From positions 1,952,001-2,016,000 of the forward strand of contig CAVXGK010000002.1 of the NCBI GenBank assembly GCA_963761305.1: DNA of 64,000 nt, given 5' to 3'. The position numbers and the translations under genes were made by a program. A model generated the notes under the pieces. The model had not been told where the DNA came from. It saw only the letters and a list, made by a program, of their open reading frames with translations, and made no database searches. Position 1 is the stretch's first letter, and the number at the start of each line of letters is the position of its first letter. The DNA is from an uncultured Gemmatimonadaceae bacterium. GTDB lineage: Bacteria; Gemmatimonadota; Gemmatimonadetes; Gemmatimonadales; Gemmatimonadaceae. Below, one piece after another: positions 9,327-17,499 of the stretch.

Positions 9327-10103
9327 TCATCCTCCGTTCACGTGGAGCCGCCGCACCGCACGGCTGAACGCCGCGCGCGCGATGACCCAACCCACCAGCG
9401 CCCAAAATGCAAGCGTCACCACCAGCACGCCGGCCGGCATCAGCGGTTCGACCGTCACGAGCGACGCCGGTCCGGCGAGCAGCGCGGGAAACGGCGTGAG
9501 TCGCGCGACGCGAACGAACGGTTCGGGATAGAACTGCAGCGGAAGCAGCAGTCCACCGAGCACGAACAGCAGCTTTTGCCAGATCCAATACGCGGGCGCA
9601 ATGTCGCCGAGCCAGAACGCGGCGACGCCGATGCCGACGTGAAACAGGGTCACGACCATCGCCGCGACCAAGCCGATCGCGATCGCGACTCCGAGCCCCG
9701 CGGGCCGGCCGGGCGGACCGGCGACGCTCCACGCAGCCGCGAACGCGACGACGAGCAAGAGAGGCGCGCGGACGGCCAGCGCGCCGAGCCCGTGCGCCAG
9801 CCGCGCGCCGAGCCACGACGCCGGACGCGTGATTTGATACGCGACGTCGCCACGGCGGATGTCATCCTCGATCTGGAACTGCACTAGCGGAGCGCTCATG
9901 AGAACCCATTCTGTTACGGCGAGATACCACAGCATTTCGCCAGGCGGTCGCCCCGCGGCCGCGCCCGACTCGGCGACGGCCCGCCAGATCGATGAGAAGA
10001 CGCCGAGGATGAGCACGAAGAACAGGGCTCGTCCGAGCAGCTCTCCCGGCTCGGCCCACGCTTGACGAAATCCTAATTTCGCGAACGCCAGATACTTGTT
10101 CAT
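9327..10103 (-). CDS. ABC-2 family transporter permease (DUF990-like)
   Basis: IRRGDVAYQITRP and LGGLLLPLQFYP motifs; ATGA overlap with the ATPase. Confidence 0.88.
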   Translation of the reverse strand: MNKYLAFAKLGFRQAWAEPGELLGRALFFVLILGVFSSIWRAVAESGAAAGRPPGEMLWYLAVTEWVLMSAPLVQFQIEDDIRRGDVAYQITRPASWLGARLAHGLGALAVRAPLLLVVAFAAAWSVAGPPGRPAGLGVAIAIGLVAAMVVTLFHVGIGVAAFWLGDIAPAYWIWQKLLFVLGGLLLPLQFYPEPFVRVARLTPFPALLAGPASLVTVEPLMPAGVLVVTLAFWALVGWVIARAAFSRAVRRLHVNGG

Positions 10104-11128
10104 GCCGCCTCCCCCTCCCCGTCTTCTTCATCGTCGTCGGCGCTCCGGTAGATGGACCGGATGATCTCGTCCATCGGTGGGTCGTCGATGACCAAGTCAC
10201 GCAGTGTCGTTTGGCGCAGCACGGCGTCGACGAGCGCGCCGACGGCGGCATCGCCCGCGTCGATCTCGACCGTCGTCCGATGCGGAGCCGTGGACACCAG
10301 GCGCGCGCCGGCTGCCGCGGGTAGCTCGACGTGTTCCGAGGCGGTGAACAGCGTGACCCGGCGCGAGCGCAGGTAGCGGCGTTTCACCTCGCCGACGCTC
10401 GCGTCGAGGAGGATGCGCCCGCCGTGGATGATGACCACGCGGTCGCAGACCTGCTCGATGTCCCCGGTGTCGTGCGACGTCAGCAACAGGGTCGTGCCGT
10501 CTTCGATGGAGCGGCGGTGCAGCAACTCGCGGATCGTCGCCTTCGCGGTCACGTCGAGTCCGATGGTGGGCTCGTCGAGGAACAGCACGCGCGGGCCGTG
10601 CAGCAGACTCGCCGCCACCTCGCAACGCATCCGCTCGCCGAGCGACAGTTGTCGAACCGGCCGGTCCATGAGTGGAGCCAGCTCAAAGGCATCGACGAGC
10701 GCGTCGAGCCGCGCGCGCCATATTGCGCGCGGCAGCTCGTAGACGTGGCCGAGCAACTCGAACGTGTCGCGCGGCGCCAGCTGATACCAGAGCTGCGAGC
10801 GTTGGCCGAACACGGTGCCGATCGCGAAACCGAGTGCGTGTCGATCGCGCCAGGGCACGAGCCCCGCGACCGTCACCGTGCCGCCGCTTGGCGTCAGGAT
10901 GCCGGCGAGAATCTTGAGGGTCGTGGACTTGCCGGCGCCGTTCGGCCCGATGAACGCGACGCGCTCACCCGATTCGACGCGGAACGAGATTCGGTCTACG
11001 GCACGCAGCGGGCCGGCGCGTGGCGCGAACACATCGGCGACGCGCGCGCGCAACCCCGGCCCGCGAGGATTGCGGGTCCGGAACGACTTGCTCAGTTCGT
11101 GAACGTCGACGGCGGCGGCGGCGGACAT
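10100..11128 (-). CDS. ABC transporter ATP-binding protein
   Basis: Walker A GPNGAGKST, signature LSLGERMR, Walker B LFLDEPT, H-loop TSH. Confidence 0.95.
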   Translation of the reverse strand: MSAAAAVDVHELSKSFRTRNPRGPGLRARVADVFAPRAGPLRAVDRISFRVESGERVAFIGPNGAGKSTTLKILAGILTPSGGTVTVAGLVPWRDRHALGFAIGTVFGQRSQLWYQLAPRDTFELLGHVYELPRAIWRARLDALVDAFELAPLMDRPVRQLSLGERMRCEVAASLLHGPRVLFLDEPTIGLDVTAKATIRELLHRRSIEDGTTLLLTSHDTGDIEQVCDRVVIIHGGRILLDASVGEVKRRYLRSRRVTLFTASEHVELPAAAGARLVSTAPHRTTVEIDAGDAAVGALVDAVLRQTTLRDLVIDDPPMDEIIRSIYRSADDDEEDGEGEAA

Positions 11129-11173
11129 GGTCGGCTGCGATTGAGGAATCGCGCCGTCGTCCGAGCCTCCCTG

Positions 11174-11210
11174 AAACTCAAACGCCTTTCCGGGAGACCC
11201 GGAAAGGCGC
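11174..11210 (-). terminator. Intrinsic terminator (attenuator) in the 5' leader of the ABC operon
   Basis: Minus strand cgcctttccggg-tct-cccggaaaggcg followed by tttgagtttc. Confidence 0.75.
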
Positions 11211-11233
11211 GGAGAACGCGTTCCTGACCGGTC

Positions 11234-11320
11234 CTATGCCGATGACTGCGTACCGGCGACGAAAATCGTGGCGTCGGCCGACATGCAGATCTGCGTGGAC
11301 GGGAGGTATGCGTGGATCAT
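11234..11320 (-). CDS. Putative leader peptide MIHAYLPSTQICMSADATIFVAGTQSSA (28 aa)
   Basis: ATG lies 10 nt after the -10 box; TAG lies ~25 nt before the terminator hairpin. Confidence 0.55.
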   Translation of the reverse strand: MIHAYLPSTQICMSADATIFVAGTQSSA

Positions 11321-11330
11321 AGTACTAGGC

Positions 11331-11359
11331 ATAGTGTGGGCGAACTCGAGATCTGTCAA
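11331..11359 (-). promoter_or_regulatory. Sigma70-type promoter of the ABC operon
   Basis: TTGACA-17 nt-CACTAT on the minus strand. Confidence 0.7.
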
Positions 11360-11451
11360 GTGACCCGTCGATGAGATGCTATAGAACGCTCGCTATCCGA
11401 CCTTCTCGCAGCCCGGAAATCGACCGGGCCTGTTTGAACAGCTGAGGGTGG

Positions 11452-12296
11452 TTAGGGATGCCGGAGCCGGGCGAGGAGACCTCGGATCGAAGACGCCGCG
11501 AACGACGACGACGAGTCCTGTGCCCCGCCCCGACCATCTGCGCGTTGTCTACGGGCGGTCCGCCGATGAACGGAAGAGGGTTCCCGCTCACGGCGACGAC
11601 GTTCCACGAGGCGCCCGTTCCGTTCTTGAGCGCCCACGTGGCGTCGTAACCCGCGCCCGACAGATCCGGGATGTCGAGCGTCCATGTGCTGGACACTGCG
11701 CCGGCGTAGGCCGCGGTCATGAGCAACGACACGGAGTTCGAGTTCTGGGAGAAATCGGCGCCCGCGCCGGCGTTGTACGTCGACTGCGTTGGAACTTGGG
11801 CGCGCAGGCGGAGATACGGCGATGTGCCGAGTGTGGTCACCTTGGCCGCGGCGCCGAGCTGTGGTCCGAGTGAGATCGTCTGCACGCTCACCGAATGTTG
11901 GATCGCCTGAATGAATCGGTAGGCGGTTCCGCCGGATGGCGGCGCGACGAACACCGAAACCTGGTGAAAGTCGCCCGCCTGAAGTTGCGCATCGGGCAGT
12001 CCCATGAACTCGAATCCGAGGTTCGGGCGCGGGGCTTCGGTAAAGGAGAAATACGGATCCGATGGTCCGTTCCCGGTGATCAACGACACCTCCGATTCGC
12101 CTTGGTCGGTTCCGAGGTTCGGAATCACGATCCCGCCGAAAACGGGAGTGAATCCGTCGGTCACATTGTTGTTGCTGAAATCGATGTTTGGAATGTTGGC
12201 GTTGTTCGCGTAATTCGTATGGCGCCGCAGGATCATCCGATCCGTGCCGGGGGCGGACAGCAACGAGCGCGTCGAGATGAGATCGCGCGTCCCCTT
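11452..12296 (-). pseudogene. 5'-truncated remnant of a secreted beta-rich protein, with a probable frameshift near 11520
   Basis: ORF 11379..12263 reads like an extracellular protein but has no signal peptide or RBS. The plausible C-terminus (AQDSSSSFAASSIRGLLARLRHP) is in another frame across a G-run. Confidence 0.55.
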
Positions 12297-12301
12297 CGAT
12301 C

Positions 12302-12787
12302 GTGAGTCACGGCCGGTCTCTCGGCACGACGGATCTCGGCTTCATCTATCGCCCGGGCGGTTTTCGGTGGGGCTGGCTTCACCTCACGCCGCTGGGCGAG
12401 CGCTACCTCCCGATCGCGACCGGCGTGGCTCCGGCGATGCGCGCCGAGTATCTGCTCGGCCCTGACCCCACACTGCGCGCCGACGTTCTCGCCGCGAACG
12501 ATCGGGCCGAGGCGCTCGATCTGGAGTTGCGGCGCGAGGACGGCGTTTTGATCGAGACAAGTGACATCGGGATCAGCGACACGGAGCATCTGCTCTCCAT
12601 CGCCGCGGCCGCCGAGCACGAAAACGAAGACTGGGAATTGAGCGCCGACGACGAGGCCGAGATCGCCGAGCTCGTAGCCGGCCTCGAAGAGGAATCCTGG
12701 TCCGCGTCCGTCGCGCAGCAAGAGACGACGGCGTTTCAGCGCTACCAAGTTCAGGTTCAGTTGATCGATCCTTTCGACGTTCCCTAG
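12302..12787 (+). CDS. Hypothetical acidic protein, copy 2 (N-terminus apparently clipped)
   Basis: 34 substitutions in 160 gap-free aa versus copy 1 by my count (~79% identity). Confidence 0.7.
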   Translation: MSHGRSLGTTDLGFIYRPGGFRWGWLHLTPLGERYLPIATGVAPAMRAEYLLGPDPTLRADVLAANDRAEALDLELRREDGVLIETSDIGISDTEHLLSIAAAAEHENEDWELSADDEAEIAELVAGLEEESWSASVAQQETTAFQRYQVQVQLIDPFDVP

Positions 12788-12811
12788 TCAGCCCTCAGTC
12801 TGCCTCGGTAC

Positions 12812-12848
12812 AAAAACAGAGCGGCCGGTGTCGATCGACACCGGCCGC
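12812..12848 (-). terminator. Intrinsic terminator of the M14 peptidase gene
   Basis: Perfect palindrome gcggccggtgtcga/tcgacaccggccgc followed on the minus strand by tctgttttt. Confidence 0.8.
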
Positions 12849-12870
12849 GGACCAACGGATGCGAGTGGCC

Positions 12871-15800
12871 CTACCTCGCGTCCACCTTCCTCCCCGCATT
12901 CAAGTTGTCAAAGTTCATAATCGTATTGAACACCAGCGGATACGTCCCCAGCGTCTCTCCGCGATAAATCGGGTTGATCGAGAAGAGCACCACGTGCCCC
13001 TTCTCCAACGGCGAATCCACCACCGCCGGCCGCTGCGCGATGTCTCCGCCGCCGCTCAACAACCCTGACACCAACAGATCGTTCTGCGCCGAGTACCGCA
13101 GCGCGACGCGCGGACGCTGATCGGGCGGGATGATGTTGAGCGGATTCCGCAGCTGCTCTTCCGTCGGCACCGCGTACGCCCACGGCTGCACCGTCGGACG
13201 CACCGGCGCCTTGAACCGCTCCTCGAGCGCCGGCCGGCCCTGCACCTCATCGACATCGTCCGGCGTGCCGCGACCCGTCTCGCGGTTCGCGCCACCACCG
13301 CCGCGTCCACCACCAGCCGCGCCACCACCGCCGCCTCCTCCACCGCCACGACCACCGGCGATGCGCGACGCGCTCACGCTGAAGCTCTCGCCGCCATCGG
13401 TGTACGCAGAAATCCCGTCGGCGACGCCGTAGACGATCGGGCTCGCGTCGTCGACGAGGCGCGTGCGAAGGTACGTGCCCGTCACCGTGCCGCGCGCCGG
13501 CGTGCTCATGCCGACGCCATTCGTGAGACCCTCGTCAATCGCGAACTGGCTCGACGCCACGGCCCCGATGTACACGCCACCGTTCTTCACGAACTTCTCG
13601 AGGTTCTCCAAGCCGTCGTAGCCCATGCCCGGCCGAATGTCGTCCGTCTCGGCCATCTTGCCGAGGTTGGGCGTCAGCTCCGTCACCTTCCACGGAATCG
13701 GGTTGCGCCACATCGGCATCCCCTCGATCACCGCGCGGCCGGCGCCGCCGCCGGGGCCGAAGATGATGACGTCGTACTTGGCGTTGAGGTCCGGGATCTT
13801 TTTGAGATCCTGAATGCTGATGTAGTCGAACGGCACGCCGTTGACGTCGAACGCCTGGCGCCACCAACCCTCGGTCTGTGTGTTCTGCCACGTGTGCATG
13901 ATGGCCACGCGTGCCGCGCGCACCGGGTGCATCTTCACACTCGGCGCGCTGGCGACCGCGGTCGCCTTGAGGCCGATTTCTTTCGTCGCGGCGTCGAGGT
14001 CCGACTGCGACACGCCCTTGATGATGAACGAACCACGCTTGAACTGCGTGCCGCTCACATCGAACGACTCCTCAGCGGCCTGGATGTCGGCGCCCTTGAG
14101 CTTGTAGCGCAGCGTGACGAGGCCGTTGTCGCCGTTGGCGTTGATGACGAACGTGTTGCCGCTGCCCCCCCCCGTGACGCCGCCCGGCGCCTTGATCTCC
14201 GCCTTCACCGGTTCCATCGGCGTGTCGAGCACCTTGGCGTCGGTCACGCGGACGGCCGAGACGGCGAAACCTTCGGGGAAGGTCCAGCCGGTGTCGTCGT
14301 ACGGCGTCTTCTGCGGATCGTTCGGTGACCAGAACTGGTAGTCGAGCAGCGCGTCGGCGATGCGCGAGTACGGCTGGTCCATGCGGATGATGTAGCTGCC
14401 CGCCGGAAACTCGCGCGTCTCCGTCTGCGCGGGGGGAGCGCCCTGCTGTTGCGCGTCGGCCGTCTGGGAACCGGCGTCGGCCGTCGCCGCCGCGGCGCCG
14501 CGACCACCACGCCCGCCGCCTCGGCCGCCGCGTCCCTGCGCGACGACCTTGACCGGCAACGTGACGCTGAACGGCGCCGTGGCGCGCGAGATCTCGACGC
14601 GCTGCTTTTGCAGAACTCTCAACAGCTCCGCCTGTGCGCCTGGGCGGGGATCGTTGGCCGTGAGGATGTACGCGGCCGGACCCTCGGTCTTGGCTTTCAG
14701 GATGGAGCGCTTGCTCTTCTCGTAGAAGTTCTCGAGGATCTGGTGGCGGTTGTTGGCGATGTAGCTGAGCGAGACGAGGAGACCCGTCTGTTCATAGTTG
14801 TTGTTGTTGCGCAGCGACCAGTTCACGCGCGGCAGCGGCGGGTCCTGGCGATACCACGTCCGCGACGTCTCATTCGCGCCAAGGATGCGTTCCTGCGTGT
14901 CGGCGTTGCCGCCGTTGCCGAACGTCTCGTAGAGACGCGAGATGCCGTTGTGCGTGGCGGCGATGAACATGAGGTAGCCGGGCGACCACGTATCAAACGT
15001 CCCGTGCGCGAAGACGCCCGGCATGCCGAAGCGCGTCATTTCCTGCACGTTGTTCCAGCCGATGAGCTGCCACTCGTTCGTCACCAACGGGTCGAGCCAC
15101 GAGTTGTAGGGGCCGTCGCCGACGGTGTTGTCGTACATGTAGGCGACCGACTCGTGCAGGTCGTGCAGCACCTGCGCCTTGGAGTCGACGTACTCGTTGA
15201 GGACGTTCTGCGTGAGCTTGAGCGTCATCCCCATCGCGTCGCGGTTGTTGTCGTGACGGACGTAGTGGCCCCAGTAGATGACGTCGGGCGCGACCTGTCC
15301 CGGGTGCGCCTTCTTCCAGTTGTAGACGTCGACCGTACGATCGCGCCCGTCGACCTCGACGATCGGCGTGATGAGCGTGATGACGTGGTCGCGGATGTTC
15401 CTTATATACGGCGCGTCGTCGACCGCCAGACGATACGCCAGCTCCATGAGCGCGGTCGGCGCGCCGGCTTCGGTCGAGTGGATCGTGCCGGTGATGTAGT
15501 AGACGGGCGCGGCGGTGCTGGCGATCTGCGCCGCTTCCTTGTCATTCATCTGAATCGTGCGCGGATCGGCGAGCTTGGCGAGCGCGGCGCGGTTCTGCTC
15601 GTATTTCGCCATGATCGCGTCCGACCCGATCGCCACCGCGATGTGCTCGCGTCCTTCTTCGGTCGTGCCGATCGACCACACCTTCACGCGATTCGGCATC
15701 GCCTTGGCGAGCAGGCGCATGTACTCGTAGACCTCTTTCGAGTACGGCAGCTTGCCCGGCGCGCCGGCGATGTCGCCGAGGACGGCCTTGGGCGTGGGCA

Positions 15801-16020
15801 CGCCGGCCTTGGCCGGCATGTAGTCGACGAGCGGCGACAGGAAGAACGACTCGGTCGTGTACTCCTTGATCTTCTTCGTGTACTCCGAGTCGATCGGCTG
15901 ATTCATCGCTCGGCCCGGCGGCGCGTTCGCCAAGTCCTGCTGAGCATGAGCCGCTGGCGCGACGAATCCGAGCGCGATGAGACCGGCGAGCGTGAAAACC
16001 TGGGCGGAATGACGCCGCAT
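12871..16020 (-). CDS. M14 family zinc carboxypeptidase, secreted
   Basis: Signal peptide; IHSTE (HxxE), DNNRD and DLHE motifs. Confidence 0.92.
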   Translation of the reverse strand: MRRHSAQVFTLAGLIALGFVAPAAHAQQDLANAPPGRAMNQPIDSEYTKKIKEYTTESFFLSPLVDYMPAKAGVPTPKAVLGDIAGAPGKLPYSKEVYEYMRLLAKAMPNRVKVWSIGTTEEGREHIAVAIGSDAIMAKYEQNRAALAKLADPRTIQMNDKEAAQIASTAAPVYYITGTIHSTEAGAPTALMELAYRLAVDDAPYIRNIRDHVITLITPIVEVDGRDRTVDVYNWKKAHPGQVAPDVIYWGHYVRHDNNRDAMGMTLKLTQNVLNEYVDSKAQVLHDLHESVAYMYDNTVGDGPYNSWLDPLVTNEWQLIGWNNVQEMTRFGMPGVFAHGTFDTWSPGYLMFIAATHNGISRLYETFGNGGNADTQERILGANETSRTWYRQDPPLPRVNWSLRNNNNYEQTGLLVSLSYIANNRHQILENFYEKSKRSILKAKTEGPAAYILTANDPRPGAQAELLRVLQKQRVEISRATAPFSVTLPVKVVAQGRGGRGGGRGGRGAAAATADAGSQTADAQQQGAPPAQTETREFPAGSYIIRMDQPYSRIADALLDYQFWSPNDPQKTPYDDTGWTFPEGFAVSAVRVTDAKVLDTPMEPVKAEIKAPGGVTGGGSGNTFVINANGDNGLVTLRYKLKGADIQAAEESFDVSGTQFKRGSFIIKGVSQSDLDAATKEIGLKATAVASAPSVKMHPVRAARVAIMHTWQNTQTEGWWRQAFDVNGVPFDYISIQDLKKIPDLNAKYDVIIFGPGGGAGRAVIEGMPMWRNPIPWKVTELTPNLGKMAETDDIRPGMGYDGLENLEKFVKNGGVYIGAVASSQFAIDEGLTNGVGMSTPARGTVTGTYLRTRLVDDASPIVYGVADGISAYTDGGESFSVSASRIAGGRGGGGGGGGGAAGGGRGGGGANRETGRGTPDDVDEVQGRPALEERFKAPVRPTVQPWAYAVPTEEQLRNPLNIIPPDQRPRVALRYSAQNDLLVSGLLSGGGDIAQRPAVVDSPLEKGHVVLFSINPIYRGETLGTYPLVFNTIMNFDNLNAGRKVDAR

Positions 16021-16179
16021 TGGGACAACCTCTTTGGGGCTGCTTGGGAGGGGGACCGCGGGCTGGACTGGCGAGCGTCAAAGGTGATCGCCGCGCGCTT
16101 TGGACGCCAGGGACCTAGCCCCGCCGGCACGCGTTGGGCCGGGTCGCGGCCGTACTCGCGCTCCGTACTGGAGGCCAGC

Positions 16180-16302
16180 ATCAACGAGGGGGGGACACGG
16201 ACACAAACGGAGTGAACGGAAACAAACGGAGAAAACAAGAGGCTTTTGTTGTCTCCGTTTTTGTCCGTCTCATCCGTTTGTGTTCGTGTACCCCCTGTTG
16301 AT
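16180..16302. repeat. Palindromic intergenic element (ACACAAACGGA family), copy B
   Basis: Left arm ggggacacggacacaaacggagtgaacggaaacaaacggagaaaacaa pairs with ttgttgtctccgtttttgtccgtctcatccgtttgtgttcgtgtacccc. Confidence 0.85.
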
Positions 16303-16449
16303 CTCCGCCCGGCACCACGACGGAAAACCCGCGCGCGGAGCCCTACCGGACTGAGCGCCACCCGTCGACCGGAACCCGCCAAATTTCCTTCTCGCGGCAT
16401 GAATGTTTTTAGTCTCGCGCCGGTTTCACTTTTGCATGTCCGGGTTGTG

Positions 16450-17499
16450 ATGCGTATAGCCCTGATTGCTCCGCCCTTCATCGAGGTTCCCCCCATTCGC
16501 TATGGCGGGACCGAGTTGTTCATCGGCAACCTCGCGAACGAGCTCCAGTCACTCGGCCACGACGTGACTGTGTATGCCAACGGCGACTCGAAGGTCCACT
16601 GTCGCGTGAAGTGGATCTATCCACACTCCGAGTGGCCGCTCGACGATCCGATGAGGCCCGGCCTCAAGAACGTCGACCACACCGCGTGGGCCATGGCCGA
16701 CGCGGCGCAGTGGGCGGACGTCATCCATCTGAACGACATCGTCGGCGTTCCGTTCACGCGGTTCATCAGCACACCGACCGTGCTGACGATCCACCATCCC
16801 GACGAACCGTCGCTCTCCGAGCAGTACGCGCGCTATCCGGACGTGCACTACGTCGCGATCGCGCAGTGGCTGGCCGAGCGACAGCCGATGCCGTGGGTGC
16901 ACGTGGTGCATCACGGCATCGATCCGGATCGCTACGTCTACTCATCGAACAAGGACGACTACGTCGCGTTCCTCGGGCGCATGGCGCCGGCGAAAGGACC
17001 GCACCTCGCGATCGCCGCGGCGAAAAAGGCCGGCGTGCATCTCAAGCTGGCGGGCGAGATTCAGCCGATCTTTCAGGATTACTGGGACGAGCAGGTCGTT
17101 CCGCTCATCGACGGCGAGCAGATCGAATTCGTCGGCGAAGTCGATCGCCTCAAGAAGAACGCGCTGCTCTCCGGGGCGCGCGCGCTGCTCTTCCCCATTC
17201 AGTGGGAAGAGCCGTTCGGCCTCGTGATGATCGAGTCGATGGCGTGCGGCACGCCGGTGCTCGCGTTGCCCGGCGGCAGCGTGGAGGAGATCGTGCGCGA
17301 CGGCGTGAACGGGTGGATCTGCCGCGACGTCGACGACATGGCGGCGCGCGTCGGCGATCTCGCCATCCCGCCGTCGGTGTGCCGCGACTACATGGTCGAA
17401 CATTTTTCGGTCGCGCGCATGGCCGAGCAATACGTGTCGGTCTACGAAAGCGTGATGGACGGATCTGCCGAAGAGATCGCGTCCGCACAGGAAGCGTGA
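16450..17499 (+). CDS. Glycosyltransferase family 4
   Basis: MRIALIAPP...YGGTE; LGRMAPAKG; EPFGLVMIESMACGTPV. Confidence 0.93.
   Translation: MRIALIAPPFIEVPPIRYGGTELFIGNLANELQSLGHDVTVYANGDSKVHCRVKWIYPHSEWPLDDPMRPGLKNVDHTAWAMADAAQWADVIHLNDIVGVPFTRFISTPTVLTIHHPDEPSLSEQYARYPDVHYVAIAQWLAERQPMPWVHVVHHGIDPDRYVYSSNKDDYVAFLGRMAPAKGPHLAIAAAKKAGVHLKLAGEIQPIFQDYWDEQVVPLIDGEQIEFVGEVDRLKKNALLSGARALLFPIQWEEPFGLVMIESMACGTPVLALPGGSVEEIVRDGVNGWICRDVDDMAARVGDLAIPPSVCRDYMVEHFSVARMAEQYVSVYESVMDGSAEEIASAQEA

Noticed and set aside
6613..12787. DGR template/variable repeat pair or IS copies
   Set aside because: Differences are not adenine-specific, and there is no reverse transcriptase, transposase motif or terminal inverted repeat.
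16246..16449. N-terminal extension of the GT4 ORF
   Set aside because: It begins inside palindromic element B; family similarity starts at MRIALIAPP (16450).
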